DNA of 64,000 nt from the NCBI GenBank assembly GCA_963785725.1, contig CAWAWS010000002.1, positions 1 to 64,000 on the forward strand, written 5' to 3'. Positions 27,089 through 37,020 of the stretch are shown piece by piece (positions within the stretch are counted from its first letter, which is position 1; each line of letters begins with the position of its first letter). Source of the DNA: an uncultured delta proteobacterium. Its GTDB lineage: Bacteria; Myxococcota_A; Polyangia; Palsa-1104. The notes beneath the pieces were generated by a model that was not told the DNA's origin, searched no databases, and saw only the letters and a program-made list of their open reading frames with translations. A program made the position numbers and the translations under genes.

Positions 27089-27528
27089 GGCACTGCCGTC
27101 GTCCATCTCGTCCAATCGATCCATAACGCGGAGCAGGCCTGACGCGTTACCGCGCGACTGACCCATGATCCGCGGCCGCGGCGCCGCCGGCTTCGCACTT
27201 CGCTTCCTCACGCTGACGCTCGCGGCCTGCGCTGGCACTCGCCCCGCTGGCCGCGCTCACGCCATCGACTAGTTCCTCTTTCCGAAACCTGCGGATCAGA
27301 GGCCATTCACAACCGATGGAAATTGCTGGCGGTGCGACCTCAAACCGATCGGCGTTCTAGGGAGCGTCCTCGATCGATTTAGCGAATCAGCGAGGCGTTT
27401 GGCAGTTGCGGCCTATTCGCCCCCGTGGTGCCCAATGTATTTTTCATTGCCTTACAAAACACGACGACCGTAGCATGGCGCTGTAAATACGTTGGTAGCT
27501 GCGCTAGGCTCGCGTCGAGGAGAACGCA

Positions 27529-27735
27529 GTGCCGCGCAAACGGAAGGACTTAGAGCCGGGCCAGAGCTTGCACTTGTCGATTCGTCTCGAGCCAGAGCTG
27601 GCAGAGCGCCTCGACGCTATTCTCGCCAACTTCATGCGCTCGACCGGGTTGAACATCAACCGCACGGACGTGGTGCGACTCTTGTTGAAAGAAGCGATCG
27701 ACGCGCGTGAGGCGCGTCCGAAGCACAAAAAGTGA
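27529..27735 (+). CDS. Ribbon-helix-helix (CopG/Arc-like) DNA-binding protein
   Basis: LHLSIRLEPELAERLD...NRTDVVRLLLKEAI; AGGAG RBS before GTG. Confidence 0.75.
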   Translation: MPRKRKDLEPGQSLHLSIRLEPELAERLDAILANFMRSTGLNINRTDVVRLLLKEAIDAREARPKHKK

Positions 27736-27750
27736 AAGCGGCCCGTCAGC

Positions 27751-28173
27751 GTGCGCCAACACGACGGCGGACCTGACCCCACGATGGAGGACCACCGTGG
27801 GAGCTGGCCGGAAGTTACCCGAATTACGTCCTGCGAGCGAAATTGCGACGCGCGAACGGAGTCACCGATGACGTGGTCCTCGCCCGAGGTGATCGCGCAC
27901 GTCGACGAGTTGGTCGCGAAGCTGGACGAATCAGAGCAGCACGAGCGCTACGCTGCGCTGGCCACGTCGAGCTACGCCACAATCCTGACCGTGTGGGACC
28001 GCTTCAAATCGCTCGTCGACGGTCTCGATTCGGCGCTGGCGCATCCAGTGAACGGGTCGTCCGCAAGTGTTCTGCGCGGCGCCGAATCGCTGGTAGGCCA
28101 CGACGCCCATCGTCTGGCCTTCTGGCTCGTTCATGTGAGCCGGGCACTTGAACGCGCCCCGCTCCACACCTGA
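27751..28173 (+). CDS. Hypothetical protein
   Basis: Follows the RHH gene; plausible helical composition from MTWSSPEV onward; start uncertain. Confidence 0.45.
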   Translation: MRQHDGGPDPTMEDHRGSWPEVTRITSCERNCDARTESPMTWSSPEVIAHVDELVAKLDESEQHERYAALATSSYATILTVWDRFKSLVDGLDSALAHPVNGSSASVLRGAESLVGHDAHRLAFWLVHVSRALERAPLHT

Positions 28174-28366
28174 TCGCTACCCTTAGCCCCCAAGGCAGCG
28201 CTGCCGGTCTACGCGGCGGTGCCGCTCCTGTTCATTTTCCGCGGCTGGGTCGATCGCTTGTTCGATCGGTCGCTCGAGGGAACCGAGCGGTCGGCCGGGC
28301 CTCACGAGTTGTAGCTGCGGAGCAGCGCCGACAAGGTGTTGGGGGGCGTTTTATCGTCACCGCGAG

Positions 28367-28455
28367 TAGCGTCTCGTTCGACCTGCCGAACGGCGTGGGC
28401 AAGACGTGCCTCGCGCGGCTGCTCGCCGGCGAGGTCGCACCGACGCGCGGCGCAG
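28367..28455 (+). pseudogene. ABC ATPase (ABC-F-like) N-terminal remnant
   Basis: SVSFDLPNGVGKTCLARLLAGEVAPTRG: a Walker A tail with the intervening strands missing. Confidence 0.55.
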
Positions 28456-28589
28456 CAGGTCGACTGAGGCGTCCCCGGGGCTACTCTCTCGACGGCGCCG
28501 TCATCGACCGGCGCGCAGCGCAGACCAAGGGCGAGGCCGTGAAATGGGTGCGACCAAACGTCGCACCGCGACGTGGGTCGCGTATTCGT

Positions 28590-29507
28590 TTATGGCGATG
28601 GCGACGCTCCGTGGCACGGGAGATCACCCGGCTGATCGGCGGTTACAGTGCGGTAGAACTCGGCTGCGGTGACGGTGGCGGGGACGCCGAGCTCGGCGGC
28701 GACCGCGGTGATCGCGTCGGCGCCGACGGCGAGGTCGGCTTGGCCGTCGGTGGTGAAATACGGCGCGATGAACGTCTCGTAATGGGCTCGGGCTTCGTCT
28801 ACGGTGTGTCGGCCGAGGAACGTCTGGATGTACCGCACCGTGGTGTCGGGTTCGTTGTGGATCACCTGCAAGGCGCGCCGGTGGGCTCGTACGACGGCCT
28901 GGACCGCGGGGCCGTCCGGGTGGATGTAAGTGGGGTCGACGACCACGCCGACGGTGGGGATCTGGAAGTGGTCGCCGACCCAGGCCAGCACCTGCCAGCC
29001 GTGCTCGGCGGCGATCGCCTCCGGTGCCATGGTGCTGCCGACGAAGGCAGCGTCGATCCTGCCGTCGTGCAACCAGCGCAGGTCCATGCCGTAGTCGCCG
29101 GGCGAGCGGACGACGGTGTGGACGTCGCGGTCCGGGTCGAGGCCGGCCTGGCGCAGCACGATCCGGGCGAAGCACCCGGGTGCGGTGTGGGGGGCGTGTA
29201 CCGCGAGGCGTTGGCCGGCCAGGTCGGCCAGGGAGGTCAGGCCGGCGCGGGCGAGGAACCAGAACAGCGGGCGGTCGGTGTTGACATCGAGTGCGACCCA
29301 GGGGATGCCATGGGTCAGTCGGGACAGCAGTGTCCGGCCGAGCCCGATGGTGGCGCCGTGGCGCAGCCGCTCCTCGTCCCAGGAGCAGCCGTCGTGCAGC
29401 GCGACGTGGACGCCCTCGTCGGCGTAGTAGTCCTGCTGGTCGGCGACGTAGGCGACCAGCTCCTCGTGCAGGCCCCGTCCGACGTAGGCGAGATCGATCG
29501 TGTGCAT
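28590..29507 (-). CDS. NMT1/THI5-like substrate-binding-fold protein without signal peptide
   Basis: YYADEGVHV, SLADLAGQRLAV, LRQAGLDPDRDV, GRIDAAFV, AVVRAHRRAL..I...P. Confidence 0.8.
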   Translation of the reverse strand: MHTIDLAYVGRGLHEELVAYVADQQDYYADEGVHVALHDGCSWDEERLRHGATIGLGRTLLSRLTHGIPWVALDVNTDRPLFWFLARAGLTSLADLAGQRLAVHAPHTAPGCFARIVLRQAGLDPDRDVHTVVRSPGDYGMDLRWLHDGRIDAAFVGSTMAPEAIAAEHGWQVLAWVGDHFQIPTVGVVVDPTYIHPDGPAVQAVVRAHRRALQVIHNEPDTTVRYIQTFLGRHTVDEARAHYETFIAPYFTTDGQADLAVGADAITAVAAELGVPATVTAAEFYRTVTADQPGDLPCHGASPSP

Positions 29508-29576
29508 GAGCGTTTTTCCTTTCTCGCGTCACCGTCGCGCGGCGCGCGTGCCGCAGTCCCGGTGTGCGAAGGCGCG

Positions 29577-30335
29577 TCAGTACATGGACATCCCGCCGTT
29601 GACCGCGGCCGTGGTGCCGGTCATGAAGGCGTTGTCCTCGCTGGCGTAGAAGGCGACTGCCTGGGCGACGTCGCCCGGTTGTGCCAGGCGGCCCATCGGG
29701 GTGGCGGCCACCTGCCGCTGCTTTTGCTTCTCGTCGAGCACCGCCGCCGCGATGTGGGTGTCCTCCACCGGGCCGGGCTCGACGACGTTGACCGTGATGC
29801 CTCGCGGGCCCAGCTCCTGGGCGAGGTACCGGGCGAACTCCGTCAGTGCGGCCTTCGCCGTGCCCAGCGCGATCATGCCCGCCCGGGGCCGGCGGCTGGG
29901 ACCGGCGCTGAGGTAGATGATGCGTCCCCAGCCCTGTTCGGTCATGGCGGGCAGCACGGCTTTGGTGACCACGAACGCCGCGCGCATCTCGTCGTCGACC
30001 TTGCCGCCCAGCTCTTCCCACGTCATGTCCTGGAACGACTTGACCACATACGGGGTGAGCGCGTTGTGGACGAGCACGTCGATGCCGCCCCATGCCGCCT
30101 GACCTGCTCGATCATGCTCCGCAACCGCCGCTGGCTCGCGCACGTCGGCCTGCACGGCCATGGCCTGGCCGCCTGCGGCCTCGATGTCGGCCACGACCTC
30201 CTCGGCCGCCGTGCCGCTGTGCAGGTAGTTGACCACCACGCGCATCCCTCGCGCGGCCAGCAGGCGCGCGGTGGCCGCACCGATTCCGCTGCTGGCCCCT
30301 GTCACCAATGCCACCCTTGCTCGCATCTTCGCCAC
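29577..30335 (-). CDS. Short-chain dehydrogenase/reductase (FabG-like)
   Basis: VALVTGASSGIG, IDVLVHNA, GITVNVVEPG, TPMGRL..P.DVA, NGG. Possible compensating indels near 30100-30125. Confidence 0.9.
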   Translation of the reverse strand: MAKMRARVALVTGASSGIGAATARLLAARGMRVVVNYLHSGTAAEEVVADIEAAGGQAMAVQADVREPAAVAEHDRAGQAAWGGIDVLVHNALTPYVVKSFQDMTWEELGGKVDDEMRAAFVVTKAVLPAMTEQGWGRIIYLSAGPSRRPRAGMIALGTAKAALTEFARYLAQELGPRGITVNVVEPGPVEDTHIAAAVLDEKQKQRQVAATPMGRLAQPGDVAQAVAFYASEDNAFMTGTTAAVNGGMSMY

Positions 30336-30762
30336 GCTCCACCTCCCGCCTCATTCCAAAGCAAGAATCGCGCGAGCGCCGGACCAGGCAAGAAGACCGT
30401 GAACGATCTGGGACACGCCGTCTCGAAGGGGAAGCTCGGCCTCGATGGTGGTCTCGATGAGGGCCTGCTCCCCGTCGAGAAGATCGGTCCGCCGAGTCCT
30501 CGCATCCTCCGCTCTCGATCCTAGCCTCTCCATCGAGACGGACGCGACAGCAGCGATCCATGGGACCGGCGAAACGAGGCGCCTTGAACGTGCCGGTCAT
30601 ACCGCCGACCGCGTTTCCTTCGGTCATCGAGCATCTCGCCCAGTCGCAGTGCGCCGAGCAGGCGCGAGTCGCGGTGGAGAAGCCGTTCGGACGAGAGGCC
30701 TTGCTGAACACGGTCGTTCTGCTCGGCGGCTGATGGGTGCGTCTCTTGCACCGTCTAGCGAC

Positions 30763-31249
30763 ATGAAAAAGCTCATCGACGTCGCAGCTGGGCTGGCGGG
30801 CGGCATGCTCGGCACGTTCTTCATGCAGAAGGTAGTGCTGACCGTGGTGTCGAAGCTGCCCACACAGCAACAGACGCGCTATCACGGAAACCCCGCGGAC
30901 GTCGTCCTCGACAAGATCGAGGACCTGACCGGTCGCAAGCTGCCCGATCAGTTGCGCGAGAACATGCAGCCCGTGTTGCGCTTCCTCTATGGCGTGAGCG
31001 GTCCGATCGCCCTGTCGACTCGTCGCCGATCGGGTCGGTCACCGCTCAATTGGGCGCGTGCTCGCTGCTGGCGCGATCATGGGCGCGCTCGTTTGGGGTG
31101 TGGGCTATCTCGGTTGGATGCCGCTGACCGGTGTCGCCGAGCCGTTGAATCGTCAGCCGCCGCTGGCGACGGCGACCGAGTTTCTCGGCCACACGGCCTA
31201 CGGCGTGGTGAGCAGCTTGCCGTTGGCGCTGGCCGAGCGGTACGCCTGA
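30763..31249 (+). pseudogene. Membrane protein (DUF1440-like), frameshifted
   Basis: MKKLIDVAAGLAGG...LRFLYG, frameshift at about 31020-31060, then GALVWGVGYLGWMP...GHTAYG. Confidence 0.65.
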
Positions 31250-31346
31250 GGTTATCGCTTGCCGCGCGCACGAGATGCCCGCCGGCTCGCCGCATGAGCG
31301 TGGGAAGACAGTGCTTCAACCTACGCAGTTACGACGTTCAGGAATT

Positions 31347-31640
31347 TCAACCTCGATTTGAGGAATGCTTCGACTCACGTATCTTGAGGGATGAAACCGG
31401 GGAGACCAGTGTCGACCCCGGATTGAAGCGATAGCGCTTGCTGATGCCATTGAGCTGCGCGATCGCGTCATCGGGAATCGGCGACACGTCGAAGTTCTCG
31501 CGAATGCGGGTCGGTGCCTTCGCCGTCGTCAACAACGCGGTTCCACGCTGCACCGCCCACGCCAGCAGCACCTGCGCAGGCGTCTTTCCGGTGCGCCGGG
31601 CGAGGTCAGCGACGATTGGATCATCGAGGACACGCGGCTT
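31347..31640 (-). pseudogene. Aldo/keto reductase C-terminal fragment
   Basis: LARRTGKTPAQVLLAWAVQRG....T.....RIRENFDV. Confidence 0.8.
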
Positions 31641-31849
31641 GACGCGTGACCGAGAGCGCGAACGCGAGGAACACAACGCCAAGCGTCAATCCAAACAAGC
31701 CCATGGTCTTGAGCGCGTGACCGTTGAGCAGACGGGCAATGACTATGGGGCGAGTCGAGAGAACGCGGAGCGCTTCTCAGCTTCCAAGACAAGCATGCGA
31801 TCGGGAGGAGCTGACGAAAGACAACGTCCCAAGCCGGAACGAGTCGCGC

Positions 31850-32330
31850 GCTCACCCTCGATCAGGTTGAGCTCATCGACTTTGGTGCAACGATCGAGGC
31901 CCAACGTCAACGACAGCGAATTGACCGTGGCAAAGCCGCTGCCGATCTCCACTTGTCGCGTCTTCGTCAAGCCGCACGCTTTGGCGGTCACGTGCTCGTC
32001 CACCGCTTGCGCCTGCCGCGTGTCTTCGATACGCAGTGCGACAAAATGCCCTAGCTACGCTTGACCGACTTGACTGTGATAGACGCGCAAGAGCGGCACA
32101 TTGCGATTGACGACAATCAAGTCACTAAAGCCGTCGCGATCGAGGTCGGCCACGGCCATCGCCCGCGCGTCTTCGACCCATCGGCCCCCGACAGATACGA
32201 GAGTTCGACGACGTCTTTGGCCGCGCGCGACACGAACATGCGATCGCGCTCGCGCCCCGACAAATCCATACGCGACGCCGCGCACGGACCGTTACCCATA
32301 TCCGCGTCTACAATGCCGGCCAAATGACGA
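31850..32330 (-). pseudogene. FG-GAP/ASPIC-UnbV (CRTAC1-like) remnant
   Basis: DLSGRERDRMF, RAMAVADLDRDGFSDLIVVN and RQVEIGSGFATVNSLSLTLGL occur in different frames, with an internal stop. Confidence 0.7.
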
Positions 32331-32769
32331 CGACCGAAGTTCACGCGCCGCCCTATGCGCCTTGCTGGAGCCGCGATGACACGAATGACAGCGGCGTCAT
32401 GCACGTGTGCATCGGCAATCAAGTCGCATTGTCGATACGCCGACGAGAGCTAATGTCGCCGTGTATTCGGCGAGCATGATGATCGGCCAGCCGGGCGCCA
32501 TGCAGCCGGGGTGGACGCCGATTGGTACGGCGGCGTCATTTACCGCCCCGCTGACGCGTCAAGGTTATCGCGGTTGGAAGAGCGAGCTCTTCACCGGCAT
32601 CAAAGTCAGCGAGACGGTCACTGGCGGCGGCCTACCGACTGCCGCGTTGCACGACATCACGCTCAACGATCTTCCCTTCCAGGAAGGCGCGACGTCGACT
32701 GCGCGCGTGGTCGATCTGTCTTACTAAGCCCCATTAAGAGCCGCGTCGAGGCCTGTCAGGGCGCGCTGC

Positions 32770-34287
32770 TTACCAACTCCCTCTCGCCCACTCCAGGAAC
32801 GTCAAATCAGCGCCGAAGACTGCCTTCAGTCGCGCGCGGCTATTGCGGAAGAGGCTGAACGTCGCCGGCGCGATCACAATGAGCCCCTCGGACACGTGCA
32901 GCAGCGCCCAGTGCCCGATCTGCCCGCCATCGGCGCAGCTCCAAGCAACGTCGACCGGATAGTAGGCAACGAGCGAGATGAGGAAGATTCCCGCCGGCCG
33001 TCGCAGCGCCGGGTGCAAATAGGGCAGGAGCGGCAAGAGCGACAGGAGGTACCACGACTGCGAGAACGCGTGCAGATAGAGGTAGTACAAAAACAGGAAC
33101 GCCCCCGCCCAGCCGAGATAGCGACGGTCGCTGGCGGCGCGCCACGCGACATAGCCGAGCCAGAGGACGGCGGCGGCGCGGAAGGCGAGGTTGATCGCGA
33201 ACGCGGCCGTCGGCAGGTGCAGCAGCCAGAAGAGAAGCGCGCGCGGTAGACACTCGACCGAGCGCACGCAGACCTCGCCGCTGCTGGTTTGAGTCAAGAG
33301 CCTGCGCACCGTCGGCGAGCGGCGGACGATGGCTGGCAGGAGCGCGGCGCTGGCCGCGGCTCCCGCGGCCAGGACGCCGAGGACGATCGCCAACCGTGCC
33401 CGACGTGTACGCTCGCCGAGGCGTAAGGCGACGGCGAGCCAGGTCAAGCCGAGCAGCAAGAGGAGCAAGATCGCCGAGTCCTTGACGAGCAGGCCCGACG
33501 CGAGGGCCACAACGGCCCAACCGTGCCGCCGCTCGGCTCGGGCCAGCGCGGCCAGGGCGACAGAGACAGCCAGCAAGGCATCGTTATGCCCGCTCAGCGT
33601 CCCTTCGACGACGGCGAGCGGGCAAAAAAGCACGAGCGCAGCCGCGCGGGCCCCGGCGCCGGCGCCATCGGGCGTTGCCAGCCGGGGCGACTCGCCGTTA
33701 TCGCGAGCGCGCTCCACGGCGCGAGCCGTCAGCGCAGCCGTCGCCAGCATGCAGGCTGCGCCAAGGAGCTGATAGAGCCGCAGCGCGCGGCCAAGCTCGT
33801 CGCCGGCGAGCCGATCGACGACGGCCGTCAGCGCGTCGAAGCCGCGCTCGTAGGCGCTCGGCAGGTCGCGCCACGCCGGCTGCACGTGCTGCAAAAACGG
33901 ATCGCCCGGTGGCAGCGCCGCGCTCAGCGGCAGGCGCGGATCGCCGTGACGTGTCGTCCGCGCGTGGCCGAGCGCCGCGTAATACAGCGGATCTTCGGAC
34001 AAGAACAGCGGGCTCGCGCACGCGATGACATGCGGCAGGAGCCCAGCCACGAGCAGCGGGCCTAGCCGGCGGGCGCTCGCGGCTAGGCGCAGCCAGGCTA
34101 TGGTGAGGAGCGCGATGCCCGCCAGGTAGCCGATCCACAGCGGCCATGTCGTCCACGGCGAAGGCCACTCGGCGCAGCGCACGGCATCGATGCGATAACG
34201 CTGAGCCGGCAGCGTCACCAAAAGCGCACCACAACCACTCATCAAGACATAGGGCCAGACGGCCGGTCGTGCGTCGCCGCGAGTCAT
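32770..34287 (-). CDS. GT-C polyprenol-phosphate-sugar-dependent glycosyltransferase (MptB/GT87-like)
   Basis: Polytopic; FLSEDPLYY, SAY, PLAVVE...GHNDAL, K, WYL motifs. ATG 34287 overlaps the GT4 stop (ATGA). Confidence 0.8.
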   Translation of the reverse strand: MTRGDARPAVWPYVLMSGCGALLVTLPAQRYRIDAVRCAEWPSPWTTWPLWIGYLAGIALLTIAWLRLAASARRLGPLLVAGLLPHVIACASPLFLSEDPLYYAALGHARTTRHGDPRLPLSAALPPGDPFLQHVQPAWRDLPSAYERGFDALTAVVDRLAGDELGRALRLYQLLGAACMLATAALTARAVERARDNGESPRLATPDGAGAGARAAALVLFCPLAVVEGTLSGHNDALLAVSVALAALARAERRHGWAVVALASGLLVKDSAILLLLLLGLTWLAVALRLGERTRRARLAIVLGVLAAGAAASAALLPAIVRRSPTVRRLLTQTSSGEVCVRSVECLPRALLFWLLHLPTAAFAINLAFRAAAVLWLGYVAWRAASDRRYLGWAGAFLFLYYLYLHAFSQSWYLLSLLPLLPYLHPALRRPAGIFLISLVAYYPVDVAWSCADGGQIGHWALLHVSEGLIVIAPATFSLFRNSRARLKAVFGADLTFLEWARGSW

Positions 34288-35408
34288 CGACGAGAGCTCG
34301 CAAGGCGACCGGCGCTCACGACAGCGCGCGCGTACAACGCTTCGTGCCGCTCGAGGCAGCGCGGCCAGGTGAAGCGATCGAGGTTGCGCGGCGCTGCCTC
34401 CGACATGCGACGGCGCAGCTCGGCATCCGCGATGAGGCGAACGATGGCGGCAACCAGCTCCTCCGAGCTGCGCGCGTGGAGGCCATGCACTCCATCGTCG
34501 ACCACCTCGGCGACGCCGCTCGGAACCCGCGCGACAACGGGCAGACCGGCGGCGCGCGCCTCGATGGCGACGATCGACAGCGCCTCGCGCGCGCTCGGCA
34601 CGACGAAGAGCGCGGCGCGCGTCAGCAGCTCGGCGATGGCCGGTCGCGGCAGAAAGCCGGGCAGCTCGACGTGCTCGCCGACACCCAGCCGCGCCACCTC
34701 GCGCTCGACGCGCCGCCGCTCGGGCCCGTCGCCGACGAGCGTGAACTTGGGCCACGACGCCCGCGGCAAGCGCGCGAGCACCTCCGGCACGAGGCGCACC
34801 AGCGCCGTCGGCTGCTTGCGCAACGTGAAGCGCATGGCGCTGACCACACGCAGCTCACCTTCTGGCGGGCGCGCATTGCGCCAGCGATCGAGGTGAGCGG
34901 CGTTGAGGATGACCTCGACGTCGTTGCGCCCCGTCACCTGCGCCAGCTCGGCCGCGACGTACTCGGAGACCGCGCTCGTGATCGTCGGCCAGCTGCCCCA
35001 GCCGCACGCGCGGTTGAGGAGCGACAGCATCACGCCGCCCACGCCATGCAGCACCGAATGCAGCGTGAATAGGCTGGCCACACCGAGCTTGTGCGCCAGG
35101 AACGTGGCCGCGTGCGCCAGCGGCGAGAAGATGCAGTGCGCGTGCACGAGGTCGAAGCGCCCCGCCCGCAAGATGGCCTCCAGCCGACCGACGGCCAGCG
35201 GGCTCGCCGCGCGATACAGGACCCGCGGCGTCGCGATGCGATGCACGGTGAAGATCTCGTCATCAGGCGCGCCGGGAGTGGCGCAGATCACGTGCACCTC
35301 GTGTCCGCGCAGCGTCAGCTCGTGCGCCAAATCATGCAGGTAGAGCTCGAGGCCCCCGAAAATCGGCAGGTACTTATCGGTCACCAACGCGATCCGGTAT
35401 TTCGTCAT
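34284..35408 (-). CDS. GT4 family glycosyltransferase
   Basis: YLPIFGGLE, GHEVHV, DLVHAH, AVSEY, VGDGPER, EALSIVAIEARAAGLPVVA. Confidence 0.92.
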   Translation of the reverse strand: MTKYRIALVTDKYLPIFGGLELYLHDLAHELTLRGHEVHVICATPGAPDDEIFTVHRIATPRVLYRAASPLAVGRLEAILRAGRFDLVHAHCIFSPLAHAATFLAHKLGVASLFTLHSVLHGVGGVMLSLLNRACGWGSWPTITSAVSEYVAAELAQVTGRNDVEVILNAAHLDRWRNARPPEGELRVVSAMRFTLRKQPTALVRLVPEVLARLPRASWPKFTLVGDGPERRRVEREVARLGVGEHVELPGFLPRPAIAELLTRAALFVVPSAREALSIVAIEARAAGLPVVARVPSGVAEVVDDGVHGLHARSSEELVAAIVRLIADAELRRRMSEAAPRNLDRFTWPRCLERHEALYARAVVSAGRLASSRR

Positions 35409-35434
35409 CGCCGGGCCTCGGGCATGATGCACGC

Positions 35435-36412
35435 ATGTTCGAGCGGCGCGCGGCGGACGGCGGCGAAATCCCGCGGCTGGTCGCGATCGAGACGACGAGT
35501 CGCTGCAACGCTTCCTGCTCGTTCTGCCCCTACCCGGCCAAGGAGACGGCCAAGAGCGCGATGGATCAGGCGCTCTTCGAGAAGATCATCGAGGACTGCC
35601 GCGCCTTTCCGCTCGCGAAGATCGAGCCGCTGCTCAACGGCGAGCCCTTCGTCGACCCGCGCATCGTCGAGCGCCTCGAGCACATTCGTCGCCGCTTGCC
35701 CAAAGCGACGCTGCACCTCGTCACCAATGGCAACGCCATGACGAAACGTCGCATCGACGAGCTGGTGGCGATAGGCGGCGTCGATCGGCTCATCGTCAGT
35801 CTCAACTGCCTCGACGCGGCCACCTATCGCGCGGTGATGGGCCTCGACCTCGAGCGCACGCTCGAGCATCTGCGGTACGCGCTCGATCCGGCGCGGCGCC
35901 AACGCGTCGCCGGGCGCATCTACGTGCGCATGGTGCGGCGGCCGGAGTCGACGCTGGCCGAGCAGAATCGCTTCCTCGACTTCTGTCGCCAAGCGCGCGT
36001 CCGCCCGCTCATCGTCGGGCAGCACAACTACAAGGGCGACATCGACTCCGACTTGCCCGTGCCCTCGTATCCCTGCCAGATGCTCGATCGTCTCGACATC
36101 TTGCACGACGGGCGCGTCGCCTTGTGCTGCTCCGACGCCGAAGGACGTCACTCGTGGGGCGACGTGCGCACACACTCTGTGCTGGAGGTCTTTCGCGGTG
36201 CCGTCGCCAGCCGCTACCGCGACATGCATCGCAGCGGGCGCCGGCGCGAGATCGCGCCCTGCGGGGATTGCAACCTCGTCTGGCCGGGGCTGACCGGCAT
36301 GCCCGTCGGACGCACGCTGGCGTCGGCCGCCGAGTTCGCCGGCTACCTCGTGCGTCATCGTCCGCTCGGTCGCCGCGCGCCGGCCCGCCATCGCCTCGCC
36401 GTCATCGATTAG
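35435..36412 (+). CDS. Radical SAM protein with SPASM/Twitch-type C-terminal domain
   Basis: CNASCSFC, GEPF.D, TNG; C-terminal PC......I..DG.V.LCC.D....WG...PCGDC. Confidence 0.92.
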   Translation: MFERRAADGGEIPRLVAIETTSRCNASCSFCPYPAKETAKSAMDQALFEKIIEDCRAFPLAKIEPLLNGEPFVDPRIVERLEHIRRRLPKATLHLVTNGNAMTKRRIDELVAIGGVDRLIVSLNCLDAATYRAVMGLDLERTLEHLRYALDPARRQRVAGRIYVRMVRRPESTLAEQNRFLDFCRQARVRPLIVGQHNYKGDIDSDLPVPSYPCQMLDRLDILHDGRVALCCSDAEGRHSWGDVRTHSVLEVFRGAVASRYRDMHRSGRRREIAPCGDCNLVWPGLTGMPVGRTLASAAEFAGYLVRHRPLGRRAPARHRLAVID

Positions 36413-37020
36413 TCGCGCCATTCCTCGGCGCGTGTTGGCGACCGCCAGGCGAGCTCGGGGCTGCGGAGCCGCCACAGCCGCGCCGCCGAGAAGAGCTTGA
36501 CCACGCTCAGCGCCAGCGTCGCCGCGATGGCACAGCCCGGCGCGTGGCTCAGAATGAGGCAGGTCACCAAGCCCGTGTTGACGAGCTTGGCCGGCAGCGA
36601 CCAGTTGAGCCGCCAGATGAGGCCATCGACGCAATGGAAGTCGTTCGGCGAGACGATGTCCCAGCGCAGAAACTGATTGGACAGATATTGATCGAGCAGC
36701 ATGAACTGCAGGAAAAAGAGCGCGATCGGCCAGACCAGCTCGTGATGCCAGGACAGGTAGTTCATGTAGAAGAGCGCGACCAGGAGGCGGTCGGACAGGA
36801 TGTCGAACTGGGCGCCGAGTCGCGTCTCCTGGTGCAGCCGGCGCGCCAGGTAGCCGTCGAGCACGTCGAGCAGCCAATAGGTAGCGAGGCCGGCCAGGTT
36901 CCAGCGCGCGCTTTGCCGGGTCGCGGCCACCGAGAAGAGCGCGACGCAGACGAGCGTGCGCAGCGCGGTGACGGCGTTGGCCCAGGTGGCGACGGACTCG
37001 GGATGGCGCGGCGAGGTCAT
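36409..37020 (-). CDS. CDP-alcohol phosphatidyltransferase family protein
   Basis: ANAVT..R and the signature DVLDGYLARRLHQETRLGAQFDILSDR. ATGA overlap with the upstream gene. Confidence 0.92.
   Translation of the reverse strand: MTSPRHPESVATWANAVTALRTLVCVALFSVAATRQSARWNLAGLATYWLLDVLDGYLARRLHQETRLGAQFDILSDRLLVALFYMNYLSWHHELVWPIALFFLQFMLLDQYLSNQFLRWDIVSPNDFHCVDGLIWRLNWSLPAKLVNTGLVTCLILSHAPGCAIAATLALSVVKLFSAARLWRLRSPELAWRSPTRAEEWRD

Noticed and set aside
34288..34755. N-terminal extension of ORF 32770..34755
   Set aside because: Overlaps the GT4 gene in another frame; the ATGA-coupled start at 34287 fits better.
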